In this document: positions 10,577 through 21,200 of the stretch, piece by piece
Layout of the letters: each line of letters begins with the position of its first letter
Position numbering within the stretch: position 1 is the stretch's first letter
Source: Candidatus Lustribacter sp.
Lineage (GTDB): Bacteria; Vulcanimicrobiota; Vulcanimicrobiia; Vulcanimicrobiales; Vulcanimicrobiaceae
Reading direction: 5' to 3'
DNA length: 64,000 bases
Assembly: GCA_965277805.1 (NCBI GenBank)
Contig: OZ255842.1
Coordinates: forward strand, 1,888,001 to 1,952,000
Program-made: the position numbers and the translations under genes
The notes under the pieces: generated by a model
Database searches by the model: none
Told to the model about the DNA's origin: nothing
Seen by the model: only the letters and a program-made list of their open reading frames with translations

Positions 10577-11586
10577 TGGCTGCTATCATTGCCTTCTGCG
10601 TCATCGCCGTCATGCTGACGGTCTACACGCTGCTCGACGGCTACGATCTCGGTGCCGGTGCGGTCTCGCTCGTCCTCGCGAGGACGCGCCCGGAGCGTAC
10701 CGCAATCGTCGAAAGCATCGGCCCGTTCTGGAGCGGCAACGAAGTTTGGCTCGTCGCCGCGGGCGGCACGCTGTTCGCGCTCTTCCCCAAAGTCTACGCC
10801 GTGTCGTTCAGCGGGTTCTACTTGCCGTTCATCGTGGTGCTCTGGCTGCTGATGTTTCGCGGCATTGCCATCGAGTTGCGCGAACAGCTCCCGGGCAGCG
10901 TGTGGCTCGATTTTTGGGACACGGCGTTCTCGCTCTCGAGTCTGCTCCTGATCGTGCTCTTCGGCGTTGCGTTCGGCAATCTCGTCCGCGGGCTGTCGCT
11001 CGATGCAGACGGCTACTTCTTCGGAACCTTCTCCTCGCTGCTCAATCCCTACGCGCTCGCCGTCGGCCTGCTCGCGGTCGTCGCGCTGGTGCAGCACGGC
11101 CTCGTCTATCTCTCCGCGCGCGTGGACGGACCGCTCGGCGAGCGCGCCTTGCGCTACGCCGGCGGCGTTTGGTGGGCCGTGCTCGTCGTCTTCATCGCCG
11201 TTACGGCGGCAACGATGCTCCTCCGCCGCGGCGTGGAGGGGGCCGGTGCACCGCTCGCCTTCACGGCGGGCACGGTCGCGCTGCTTTCGCTGTTGGCGAT
11301 GCGCTCGCGCCCGGCACGCGAACGGGCCGCGTTGCCGTTTCGGCTGTCGCTGCTGTTCCTCGCGGCGCTGCTGGTCACGGCAAGTGCAACGATGTATCCC
11401 TACCTGATCCGCCCCTATCCCGGGCACGCCGGTGGACTGACCATCGCGAACGCGGCGCCGCCGGCCGCCGCCCTGGCCGTCTCTCTGCCGATCGCGATCG
11501 CCGGACTGATCGTGGTCATCGCGTACTCGACCTTCGTCCATCGGCTGATGCCGGCGCGAGTCGCCGTCCGCGAAGGGAGGGAATAG
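10576..11586 (+). CDS. cydB: Cytochrome bd ubiquinol oxidase subunit II
   Basis: LDGYDLGAG, IGPFWSGNEVWL, FP..YA..FSGFY; TAATG overlap with cydA. Confidence 0.93.
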   Translation: MAAIIAFCVIAVMLTVYTLLDGYDLGAGAVSLVLARTRPERTAIVESIGPFWSGNEVWLVAAGGTLFALFPKVYAVSFSGFYLPFIVVLWLLMFRGIAIELREQLPGSVWLDFWDTAFSLSSLLLIVLFGVAFGNLVRGLSLDADGYFFGTFSSLLNPYALAVGLLAVVALVQHGLVYLSARVDGPLGERALRYAGGVWWAVLVVFIAVTAATMLLRRGVEGAGAPLAFTAGTVALLSLLAMRSRPARERAALPFRLSLLFLAALLVTASATMYPYLIRPYPGHAGGLTIANAAPPAAALAVSLPIAIAGLIVVIAYSTFVHRLMPARVAVREGRE

Positions 11587-11592
11587 GCCGTT

Positions 11593-11949
11593 TTAGGCTG
11601 CGGGCAGCACCTTCTTCGCCGATCGGAACTGCGACGGCGTCACCCCAACGTGACGAACGAACTGCCGCGTGAAATAGCAGACGTCGCCGAAGCCGACCGC
11701 TTCGCACACCGCAACCACATCTTGCTCCGTCTCGATCAGCAGCGCTTGCGCGGCGGCGAGCCGTCGCTTGATGATCCACGCGGTGACCGGAGTGCCCGTC
11801 AGCGATGAGAAGCGGTGCGTCAGATGTGCGGGAGAATAGCCGAGCGCCTCGGCGACATCGCGCAGGCTAATCGACGAGGCGAAGTTTTCCTCGACGTAGT
11901 CGACGACGCCCCGAACGATTTGGTGCTCTCTTACCGGTCCGTTCAGCAT
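11593..11949 (-). CDS. Stand-alone AraC-type HTH regulator
   Basis: ISL.DVA...YSPAHL...F and VGF.D..YF.RQF....GVTP.QFR; SD GGAGG; no sensor domain. Confidence 0.85.
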   Translation of the reverse strand: MLNGPVREHQIVRGVVDYVEENFASSISLRDVAEALGYSPAHLTHRFSSLTGTPVTAWIIKRRLAAAQALLIETEQDVVAVCEAVGFGDVCYFTRQFVRHVGVTPSQFRSAKKVLPAA

Positions 11950-12121
11950 GTTTACCTCCCTCGCACTCGTGTCGGATACAAGCGTAGCCCGCCACGAGTA
12001 CGATGTCTGCCAACATGCTGTTAACACTCACCCCCTGATTGAGCGTGCTCACGTCCGGAGGTCGCCGCTCTCCGAAAGATTAGCCATTCGCGCGGCCGGC
12101 CCGGCGGGCTAGCATCCGAAT

Positions 12122-12802
12122 ATGGCCGTCGCATATCTCCAGCATCAGCCCTCACCGCGCCTCATGCGCTACCGCGATGCGCGCAGCGAGCCGTGTACGG
12201 GGGACCTGACCGATGTCTTTCCTAGCGGCGACGAGAGTGCGACGATCGTGATGGCCGACGTGTGCGGAAAAGACGAGCAGGCTTACGGCCACGCGCGCTA
12301 TCTGCGTAACGCTGTACGCGCGCTGGCGGATGATTATTCACCGGCCGGCGTATTGGACCGCGTCAACGTCGCGTTCTCGCGCCGCATCGCCGACTTCGGC
12401 GACGATCGCTTCGCCAGCATCTTCGTCGCGACGCTGACCGGACATCGCTTGGCGTACGCATCGGCCGGCCACGATTTTGCCCTGATGGTTAGCGCCGACG
12501 GACGCCATTGGCATCTTCCGCCGACCGGCGTGATCGCCGGCGTTCGCGGATCGGAGAGTTATGCAGAGAAGACGATCCCCGTCGCCTCGACGGACTGGCT
12601 CGTCCTCGTCACCGACGGCATCACCGACGCGCGCGGCGCCGACGATGCGTTCTTCGGCACGGGCGGTGTTGCGCGCAACGCGCTCTGCGCCGTCAGAAGC
12701 GGCAAGGACGACCCGGCCGCGCACATCCTCGAGGCCGCTCGCGCGCACGCCGGCGGCCGCTTCAAGGACGATGCCTCCGTGCTCTGCGTCCGTTTTTCTT
12801 AG
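12122..12802 (+). CDS. PP2C/SpoIIE (RsbU-like) Ser/Thr phosphatase
   Basis: GD, ADVCGK, SAGH, TDGITD, DDAS motifs. Confidence 0.85.
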   Translation: MAVAYLQHQPSPRLMRYRDARSEPCTGDLTDVFPSGDESATIVMADVCGKDEQAYGHARYLRNAVRALADDYSPAGVLDRVNVAFSRRIADFGDDRFASIFVATLTGHRLAYASAGHDFALMVSADGRHWHLPPTGVIAGVRGSESYAEKTIPVASTDWLVLVTDGITDARGADDAFFGTGGVARNALCAVRSGKDDPAAHILEAARAHAGGRFKDDASVLCVRFS

Positions 12803-12808
12803 GGCCCG

Positions 12809-13258
12809 TCAGCCGCTTTCCGCGAGCCTGATCGTTGCGACGGGCAACCCCGGCAAGGAGCGCTTGCGCAAGTGCGTCGGCGTTTCGTTCAGGACGATTT
12901 CCAAGGTTGGATTCACGTGTAATTCCAACAGATGACCGCCGAAGGCGGCACCGCCGCGTCTGGCGATTACGACGTGCGCATGCACTTGCGGCTTGCCGTC
13001 TTCCGTTGTCGCGATGTCGCCCGCGATCGAGACCACCTCGACTTGTTCGTCGAAGCGATTCGGTTTGTATGTCTTGGCACCGAAGTCGAACCAGCCCAAG
13101 ACCGCCGAAGACGCCGCGCCGACGCCCGTAAACGAGGCGCCGTTCACGCCCGTCTCGCGAGCGAATCGCGCCATCTCAGCGGCCGCCTCGTCGCCCGCTT
13201 CGAAAATCAAGGCATAGGTCGCGACGACCTCATCGTCGGCGATGATTCGATATTGCAT
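12809..13258 (-). CDS. PPC/DUF296 domain protein
   Basis: EVVS.AG, HAHVV and GGHL metal-binding motifs. Confidence 0.85.
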   Translation of the reverse strand: MQYRIIADDEVVATYALIFEAGDEAAAEMARFARETGVNGASFTGVGAASSAVLGWFDFGAKTYKPNRFDEQVEVVSIAGDIATTEDGKPQVHAHVVIARRGGAAFGGHLLELHVNPTLEIVLNETPTHLRKRSLPGLPVATIRLAESG

Positions 13259-13293
13259 GCGATCATTTTGCCCACGCGCGGCGCGCGCGAAGC

Positions 13294-14265
13294 TTATTTG
13301 AGCGCGAGCGGGCTGATCAGATCGCGAACGTCGATCTTAGCGGGCAGCGCTTTGAGTTCCACGGCGGTATCCAGCAGCGGCTGAAGCGCGCCAACATCAA
13401 AGACTTGACCGTAGTACGCGCGGTGCATTTTCTCCGCTAATCCGTTCGGGAACGGCAACCACTGTTGCAACATCGCGGCAGATCGCGCGTGATTGCGCGG
13501 GTCGTCGGCCCACACGGCGGCGTCGTGGATCGCGGCGACAAAGCGCTTTGCTGCATCGGGATTAGCGCGCGCCCAGTCCGCACTCGCACACCACGCCGTC
13601 GCTTGCACCTGTTTGCCGACCGCCGCATAGGTCGATGCGAGCACGCGCACGTCGTCGCCGGCCGCGGTAACGTTGGGCTCGCCGTCTTGCGCAGCCGCGA
13701 TCGTGCCGCGCACGAGTGCGGCGGCCATGCTGATCTGCGGGACCTCAACGAACTTGATCGTGCTGATATCGGCGCCGTTGCTTTGCAGCCACTTCGTCGT
13801 CAGCAGCCGCCCGACGCCGCCGAGCGACGTGACGCCGATCGTCTTGCCGTCGAGGTCCTTCGCCGTGGTGATGCCCGAGTTGCGGCCGGTGATGATCACG
13901 CTGGTCAGGTCGCCGGTGCGAAACATGTACGACGGCGCGAGTAACGTGACGGGGACGCCGTGCTCGTAGGCCGACGCGATGCCGATAACGTCGGATTCGC
14001 CGACGTCGATGGCCTTGCCGACGATGCCCGCGAGAATGGTCGCGCCGCCACCGGACCGGATCGCTTGGATCTGCGGATCGATACCGTACTTCTGGAACAG
14101 CCCCAGCGCCTGGGCGTAGAACGCCAGCGCGTTGCCGTCGTTACCCGGGGTGGCGATTCGAACGGGGATGAGACCGGTGCTTTGGGCACCGGCCGGCGTT
14201 GCACCAGCAAGGACGGCAACCGATGCCATGCCTGAGAGCAGAAGCGAGCGTCGCATCTGCCCCAC
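13294..14265 (-). CDS. SsuA/THI5-family substrate-binding protein
   Basis: RRSLL Tat-like leader; GLFQKYGID, DLDGKTIG, KFVEVP. Confidence 0.85.
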   Translation of the reverse strand: MGQMRRSLLLSGMASVAVLAGATPAGAQSTGLIPVRIATPGNDGNALAFYAQALGLFQKYGIDPQIQAIRSGGGATILAGIVGKAIDVGESDVIGIASAYEHGVPVTLLAPSYMFRTGDLTSVIITGRNSGITTAKDLDGKTIGVTSLGGVGRLLTTKWLQSNGADISTIKFVEVPQISMAAALVRGTIAAAQDGEPNVTAAGDDVRVLASTYAAVGKQVQATAWCASADWARANPDAAKRFVAAIHDAAVWADDPRNHARSAAMLQQWLPFPNGLAEKMHRAYYGQVFDVGALQPLLDTAVELKALPAKIDVRDLISPLALK

Positions 14266-14273
14266 TGCTCGCT

Positions 14274-14453
14274 CTAGGCTTCGACGGCCTCTCGAGCCTT
14301 CGGCTTTTCGCGATTCGAAGTCAGGACCTCATCACGGCTGCGCACGCATGAGCATTGGAAATTTTCACCGAGACAGCCCACGGCCGAATGCAACACAAGC
14401 GCGTGGTTGCATGAGGAGCAATAAATCGAATCATCCACAGCACCCACGGTCAT
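14274..14453 (-). CDS. Small Cys/His-rich putative metal-binding protein (59 aa, missed by the ORF track)
   Basis: MTVGAVDDSIYCSSCNHALVLHSAVGCLGENFQCSCVRSRDEVLTSNREKPKAREAVEA; fills the gap between two co-oriented genes. Confidence 0.65.
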   Translation of the reverse strand: MTVGAVDDSIYCSSCNHALVLHSAVGCLGENFQCSCVRSRDEVLTSNREKPKAREAVEA

Positions 14454-14483
14454 ACCCAGCCCGTCGTGTTGCTTAAACCACGC

Positions 14484-14849
14484 TCACCCTTGCGCGGCGG
14501 CGACCGCTTCATCAAGTGTGGGGTGAACGTTGAAGAGTTTATCGAAGCCGAGAATTGCAAAGACCTTCTGGAGATGTTTCTGCGGCAGAACGATGTAGAG
14601 CTCATCGCCGCGGGCGCTCATCCGGGACTTCGCGCGCGCGAGCGAGTTTAGCCCCGTACTATCCATGTAGCGTACGTGGCTCAAGTCGATGACGAGCGGC
14701 GAATGCGCTCCGTCCACGGCGGATTTGAGCGCTGTCTCAAACGCATCTTTCGCGGAGTAATCGACTTCGCCGGCAACGCTAAAAACATGGATGCCATGAG
14801 ACACTCCGTTTGCACATAGCAGATCCGGGAGTCCGCCTGTGTTATCCAC
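14484..14849 (-). CDS. STAS domain anti-sigma factor antagonist (RsbV/SpoIIAA-like)
   Basis: GEVD, LVIDLS.V.YMDSTGL (phosphoacceptor Ser), F.I.G. Start uncertain; GTG 14849 chosen. Confidence 0.85.
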   Translation of the reverse strand: MDNTGGLPDLLCANGVSHGIHVFSVAGEVDYSAKDAFETALKSAVDGAHSPLVIDLSHVRYMDSTGLNSLARAKSRMSARGDELYIVLPQKHLQKVFAILGFDKLFNVHPTLDEAVAAAQG

Positions 14850-14991
14850 CGTACATTCAGTGTAGACTTCTAACTGCGCTGCGTCCGTACGATATTGCAC
14901 CAAACGGCCCTCCAAGCGACGTACGGTATTTTGTACTATCACCTAGCCGGGCACATCCGCGCCCCGCTCATCCGCTAACGGAGAAACCGTC

Positions 14992-15819
14992 ATGAGCTTC
15001 ATCACGACCACAGATGGTACGGAGATTTATTACAAAGACTGGGGATCCGGTCGCCCGATCGTATTCAGTCATGGCTGGCCGCTCTCGGCTGATGACTGGG
15101 ACGGGCAGATGATGTTTTTCTTAAGCCACGGTTATCGTGTCATCGCTCACGATCGCCGCGGCCACGGCCGCTCATCGCAGGGGAGCACCGGTCATGACAT
15201 GGACCATTACGCCGACGATCTGGCCGCGCTGACCGCGCATCTCGATTTGAAGAACGCCATCCACGTTGGCCATTCGACCGGCGGCGGCGAGGTGGCGCAC
15301 TACATCGCGCGCAGCGGCGAGAGCCGCGTCGCAGCTGCCGTGCTCATCAGTTCGGTGCCGCCGTTGATGCTGAAGACGCCTGCGAATCCCGGCGGCCTGC
15401 CGAAGGACGTGTTCGACGGTCTTCAAGCGCAGGTCGCCACCAATCGCGCCCAGTTCTTTCTCGACTTCCCGAGCGGGCCTTTCTTCGGCTACAACCGTCC
15501 GGGCGCAACGCCGAAGCAAGGCGTGATCAACAACTGGTGGCGACAGGGCATGATGGGTGGCATCAAGGCGCACTATGACGGGATCGTGGCATTCTCGCAA
15601 ACCGACTTCACCGACGACCTCAAGAAAATCTCGGTGCCGGTGCTGGTGATGCACGGTGAGGACGATCAAGTCGTGCCGTATGCCGATTCCGGACCGCTGT
15701 CGGCCAAACTCGTCCAGCACGGGACGTTGAAATCATATCCCGGCTATCCGCACGGCATGCCGACGACGAACGCGGACGTGATCAACGCGGACCTACTGGC
15801 GTTCTTCAAGACCGTGTGA
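14992..15819 (+). CDS. cpo: Non-heme chloroperoxidase / alpha-beta hydrolase
   Basis: [38 protein letters not shown]. Confidence 0.9.
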   Translation: MSFITTTDGTEIYYKDWGSGRPIVFSHGWPLSADDWDGQMMFFLSHGYRVIAHDRRGHGRSSQGSTGHDMDHYADDLAALTAHLDLKNAIHVGHSTGGGEVAHYIARSGESRVAAAVLISSVPPLMLKTPANPGGLPKDVFDGLQAQVATNRAQFFLDFPSGPFFGYNRPGATPKQGVINNWWRQGMMGGIKAHYDGIVAFSQTDFTDDLKKISVPVLVMHGEDDQVVPYADSGPLSAKLVQHGTLKSYPGYPHGMPTTNADVINADLLAFFKTV

Positions 15820-17183
15820 CGGCAAAATCGGTACGCGCAGTCGTTGCGCTGACGTGCTTTGCCCAGTTCGTCCTGCAACTGGATTTCAGCATCGTCAACG
15901 TGGCGCTGCCCTCGGTTCTGCGCGACCTGCGTCTGCCGCCGGCGCAGCTCCAATGGATCGTCACCGGTTATGCGTTGACCTTTGGTTCGCTGCTGCTCGC
16001 CGGCGGCCGGGCAGCAGATGTGCTCGGCCGTCGCCGAGTTTTTACCGGCGGCTTGATCGTGTTCGCGATCGCTTCGCTCGCGTGCGGTCTGGCGCAATCC
16101 GGCATGCTGCTGGTCGCCGCACGCATGGTGCAAGGTCTGGCCGCGGCCGCCACCTCGCCGGCGGCGCTCTCGCTGCTCACGACGTCGACGGAGCAAGGAC
16201 CGCAACGCACGAAGGCGCTCGGCGTGTGGCAGGCGATGACCGCAGCCGGAGCGATGACCGGAATCATCGTCGGCGGTGCGCTGACCCAATTCTTCGGTTG
16301 GCGCTCGATCTTCCTGATCAATCCGCCCATCATTCTCGCGATGCTCTTCTTCGCTCGCGCGCTGCCGCCCGAGCGCCCTACGGGCACGTCGTCATCGATC
16401 GACGTGCGCGGCGCACTGCTGCTCACGGCATCCATTGCGGCGTTCATTTTCGGGCTCAGTAACGGCGAGCAGGCCGGATTCGCCGACCCGCTCACGATCG
16501 GCGCGCTCGTCGCCGCCGTCGCACTCGGCGGCTGGTTCTTCGTCGCCGAACGCGGCGTTGCGGAGCCCATGGTGCCGCGCTCGATCTCCTCGTCCCGTCC
16601 GCGGCAAGCGGCGGTGGCGGTCATGCTGTTGCTGGGAGCCGTCATCGCCGGGTACGTGTACTTCGTGTCGCTCTATCTGCAGCGTGTGCTGCAATTCAGT
16701 CCGGCGCTGGCCGGGCTCGGCCTCGTGCCCTCGACGCTCGCGGTCGTGCTCGTCTCCACATACGTCATGCGGCCGGTGCTCGCACGCATCGGCATCTGGC
16801 GGACGATCCTCGCGGGGTTGACGCTGCTCGGCTTCGGGCAACTGTGGCTCGTCGCCGTGTGGTCGACCGGCGGCTACGTAGAGGTGGTACTGCCCGGCCT
16901 CATTCTCACCGCATCCGGCATGGGACTCGCCCTGCCGGCCGCCTCGGTTGCGCTCACCAACGGCGTGGAACCGCGCGATGCCGGACTCGCCGGCGCGCTG
17001 TTCGTTGCAAGCCAGCAGGTTGGCGGCGCGATTGGGCTTGCGGTGCTCGCAACTGTGGCCGCCGCGCGCAGCTCGGCAACGGATGCGACGCTCCAGAGCG
17101 GTTATAGCCTTGCGTTTCTCGTCTCGGTGTTCCTCATACTGATCGCGGCTACGGTTGCATTCGGTGCGCAACGCGCACGTTAG
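15816..17183 (+). CDS. MFS transporter, DHA2 (14-TMS) family
   Basis: [32 protein letters not shown]. Confidence 0.9.
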   Translation: MTAKSVRAVVALTCFAQFVLQLDFSIVNVALPSVLRDLRLPPAQLQWIVTGYALTFGSLLLAGGRAADVLGRRRVFTGGLIVFAIASLACGLAQSGMLLVAARMVQGLAAAATSPAALSLLTTSTEQGPQRTKALGVWQAMTAAGAMTGIIVGGALTQFFGWRSIFLINPPIILAMLFFARALPPERPTGTSSSIDVRGALLLTASIAAFIFGLSNGEQAGFADPLTIGALVAAVALGGWFFVAERGVAEPMVPRSISSSRPRQAAVAVMLLLGAVIAGYVYFVSLYLQRVLQFSPALAGLGLVPSTLAVVLVSTYVMRPVLARIGIWRTILAGLTLLGFGQLWLVAVWSTGGYVEVVLPGLILTASGMGLALPAASVALTNGVEPRDAGLAGALFVASQQVGGAIGLAVLATVAAARSSATDATLQSGYSLAFLVSVFLILIAATVAFGAQRAR

Positions 17184-18282
17184 CGGCACCGCGATCGTCG
17201 TCGGCGGCTCGCTGACCGGATTGGCGGCGGCGATTGCGTTAGCGCGAATCGGCGTACGGGTCACCGTGCTCGAACAAACGGTACGCTTCGACCGCGGCGG
17301 CACGGGCTTAGGCGTCGATCGCGGCCTGCTCGCGGCGGTCGTGGGCGCCGATCCGCGCACCGACCGCGACCAGCCGCACCTGCCGGTGATCGTCACGAGC
17401 CGCGAGACGTCGACATGGCATGCCATCCGCGCGTGGCTCGTTGCGCTCGCCGCCCGCGTGGACGGCTTAAAGATGCGCGAAGGGGTGCGCGTGACGGGCA
17501 TCGCGCAACGCGGCGATTCCGCCACGGCCGTTGCCGGCAGCGAATCGTTTACCGCCGACGTGCTGATCGGCGCCGACGGCTATCGCAGCACGGTGCGCGC
17601 CGTCGTCGATCCGGACAACGCATTCGCGCCGTACGCCGGGTTTCTGATCTGGCGCGGGCTCGTCGCCGAGCGCGACCTGCCGGGGCGCGCCGCGCAGGCG
17701 CACGTCGCCGGCGGCCTGCTTCCGTTTCCTGAAGTCGCGCGATTGATCGCCTATCATGTGCCGGGCGCCGACGGATCGGTGCAGAGCGGCGAACGGCAGT
17801 TCACCTTCGCATGGTACGATGCGTCGCGCACGACATGGCTGCGCGCGAACGGCGCATTGCGCGGCGACGAAGTACAGCATTCGATCGAGAGCGCAGCGAT
17901 CGATGAAGCAATGCGCGCGGAATTGCGCATGGCCGCACGGCGCGGCTGGACGGGCACCGCACTCGACATCGTCGTGCGCGCCATCGACGAGCGCATCATC
18001 TTCGGTACGCCGCTGACGGAGTATTATCCGCAGCGCCTGGTCAACGGCCGGGTCGCGATCCTCGGCGACGCGGGCCACGTGGCATCGCCAATGGTCGGGC
18101 ATGGTCTAGCACTCGGCTGGCTCGATGCGCACGCGCTCGCGGCCGCTATTGCGGCTGAAGGAAAGCCGAACGGACGCGCGCTCGCCGCCTACGAGGGCGC
18201 GCGCTTGAGCGAATCACAACAGCACGTGACGGAAAGTCAACGCTCGACGCATCAGTTGCTACTGCACGCTCAGGGTCGCTGA
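17164..18282 (+). CDS. FAD-dependent monooxygenase (2,6-dihydroxypyridine hydroxylase-like)
   Basis: GGSLTG, ADG, YAG..WRG, GDAGH...P..G.G; start uncertain (17155 or 17164). Confidence 0.8.
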   Translation: MRNAHVSGTAIVVGGSLTGLAAAIALARIGVRVTVLEQTVRFDRGGTGLGVDRGLLAAVVGADPRTDRDQPHLPVIVTSRETSTWHAIRAWLVALAARVDGLKMREGVRVTGIAQRGDSATAVAGSESFTADVLIGADGYRSTVRAVVDPDNAFAPYAGFLIWRGLVAERDLPGRAAQAHVAGGLLPFPEVARLIAYHVPGADGSVQSGERQFTFAWYDASRTTWLRANGALRGDEVQHSIESAAIDEAMRAELRMAARRGWTGTALDIVVRAIDERIIFGTPLTEYYPQRLVNGRVAILGDAGHVASPMVGHGLALGWLDAHALAAAIAAEGKPNGRALAAYEGARLSESQQHVTESQRSTHQLLLHAQGR

Positions 18283-21200
18283 GGCAGTCCGGCCGAATTC
18301 TTCCGGCCGATCGATCAGGCGCGCTTCCGCACCCGGCCACGCGAACGTGCCCGGCGTGACGGTGCGCGCGATGTAGTGCAGCACGTAGATGCCGGGCCCG
18401 AGATGATCGGCGTAGGCTTCGATCCGATCGTGATAGATCTGCTGATCGTCGATCTGCCAGCTCTGCGCCGGCGCGACGGCGGTATTCGTCTTGAACGAGG
18501 TGTCGACGGCTTCCATGCCGGCCGGTAGCGGATCGGTGATCTGCACGCGATCGATCGGATGATCGGTGATGACTTGCAACTCGACATCGAACACTTGCGC
18601 TGCGTGCAAGGCAACGGGATCGGCGAGCACGGCCAGGCCCATCGTTGCCAGCGCGCTCGCGGCGCCGGCCGGATGAACGATCCGCGTGACGCGCAGGCCG
18701 TTGAGCTGACCGCGCTGCGGGCCGGCCAGGCGATAGCGGTAGCTCAATGCGTAGTGGAGCGGCCCCGGGCTTTGCAGCGCGAGGTTGACCGGAGTCGTGC
18801 CCGGCGCAAGCCGCGCGGCCGGAACGTTGGCCGTTAGCGAGGCGGGGCGATGTCCGCTGAAGGCTACGGTAGCAATCGAGGATGTGCCCAGCGTTGCAGT
18901 TGCGTTGAGGTTCGCCGGCGGCCCGGCGGCAACGGCAACGTCGACGAGGGCATCGAGCGCCGCGGCGTTCTGGCAGGCACAGCCCCACGAGCCGTTGCGG
19001 CGCAGCGCGAGCAGACTGCGCGTGAGACGGTCGATGGTGAGAGCGTCGGCATGTTGCGCCAGGAGCAAGCGCGTCATCAGCGCTTCCGCGATCACCGGCT
19101 GTGCGAACCAGCGGTAGCGGTCCGGCGCGTTGAATGTTGCGAGTGCGCCGGTCTGGTACACGCGATCGCCGAGCGCTTGGGCTTCGGCATTGCCGCGATC
19201 GCCGTAGCCCGGCGCAAGCAGCAGCAGCCGCGCGAGCCGGATTTGATCGGGGGTGTCGAACTGGGCGCGCACCGCATCGATGTCGCCCAGATAAGACGTG
19301 CGGCGATCGCCGGCATCGGCCAGCGCATCGAGCGCGTGCAGGCGCAGCTGGTTCTTGCAGGCGGCGCTCTTGCACCACGGCCAGGCGCCCGGATCGGCCA
19401 GCACGGTGCTAGCAAAGTTGACCGCCTTCGCACGCGAGGCCGCGTTGACCGCGATGCCGGCATCGCTCGCGCGCGCATACGCGTGCAGCACCTCGAGCGA
19501 GTCGTAGGGATCTGTAACCTTTCCCCCCGGATACGACGCGAAGCCGCCGTCCGGCCGTTGGAGCGAGGCGAGAAACGCAAGATCGCCGGCAGCGGTCGTG
19601 CGCGCTTCGGGCGGCGGCGCCGAATTGGTCAACGCACCGAGACGAATGACGTCGGCCGCGACGGTGAGACGACCGGCGGCGGCAAGCGCCACGCGGCCTT
19701 CGTCGGCGAAGACGGATTGCGCGGCAACCAGCGCATCGGGCAGCAGGCTGTTGGCGAGCACCAGTTGCACGCCACCCGCATCGGCCGGCGTGCCGGCCGC
19801 AACGTTGAGCGGAATCGCGGTGCTGCCCCTCGCCAACACACCGGTCGTGATGACGCTCTCCATCACCGCGCGATCGATGACCGGAACGGGAATCGCGAAG
19901 CCGTCGCTCGCCGCTCCGCCCGTGCCGCTGCGTTTGGCGGTGAACGTTGCGGTGCTCGTGCCCGGGCCGCCGGCCAGCATCGGAAAGCGGTAGGCTTTGG
20001 TAATCTGGTCGATCGGCGCGGAGAACGTCGTCGTGGGCACGGGTTGCTGCGTCTCGTTGAGGAACGCGAGGGGCGCGGTCAGCGTGCCGGCGATCGCGAT
20101 CGTGGCGCCGGTTGCGCTCGCCGCGTCGGTCACCGCGACGCCGGCATTGAAGCGATCGCCCGGGCGCGCAAACTGCGGAACCACCGGATTCGCAATCAGC
20201 GATTTGGTCGTGAGGAAGGTCGTCTCGCCGTTACCGAAGCGGCCATCGGTCGTTGCGGCGACCGCCATGACGCGCCAGGTCGTGAGATCGTCGGGGAGAT
20301 CGAAGGCAACGTCGGCATCGCCGTTCGCATCGGTAAGGATGGAGCCCGCGTAGTACGCCAGCGGATCGAACTTACGGCGGATGCGCGTGTCTTCGGCCCC
20401 GGTCGACAGGCCTCCACCGAACCCCCAGCCCTTTTCGACCGGGCGGGCCAAGCTTTGCAGCACGATTGCGCCGCGGTTGTCCGCGAAGCGCGTCGAGATC
20501 GGCTGATCGCCGTACACGAGCGCAACGAGGTCGGGCGGCCGGTAACCGCTGAGCTGAAGGATCGCATCGTTCGCAACGATCAGCGTGACCTGACCGCGTA
20601 CGGCATGCTGCGCACGATCGGTGACGTGCACGTGAATCGATTGGTGCGCGGCCGGCGCGAGGCGTGCTTGTTGCGGCTTCGCGGTCACCGTTAAGTATTT
20701 GGCATCGAGCGCGACGTCGAAGGCCGCGAAGCCGTTACGCGCGACCGCATTGCCGGTATCGGCCGGCGCGGTTTTCGGCAGCGGGCCATGACGCACGGCG
20801 ATGGCTTCGAATGCTGCGTTCGGCAGCATCCCCGGCGTGACGGTGAACGACACCGCCGGCGCCGCGCCGTGCGCGTGGAGGCGCTGCTGCCAGATCACGC
20901 CGCTGCGCACGACCGCGACCAGAATGTCGGCATCGGGGAACGGCGAGACGATCAGCGCGCGCGCAACCTCGCCCGGGCGATACTTCGTTTTGTCGAGATG
21001 CACGTCGAGCTGGTTGGGGTCGCGCGCCCCCCAGGCCGCTTCGCCCGGTCCGGTAACGTAGAGCTGCACGTCGGTCTCGCCCGCATCGGAGGTCGCACCG
21101 GCCGTATTCGCGCGGATGCGATACGTTCCGGAACTCGGCGGCGTCAGCTGCGCGCTGACGGCGCCGGTTGCGGTTTCGACATCGGTGGTCGCGATGGTCT

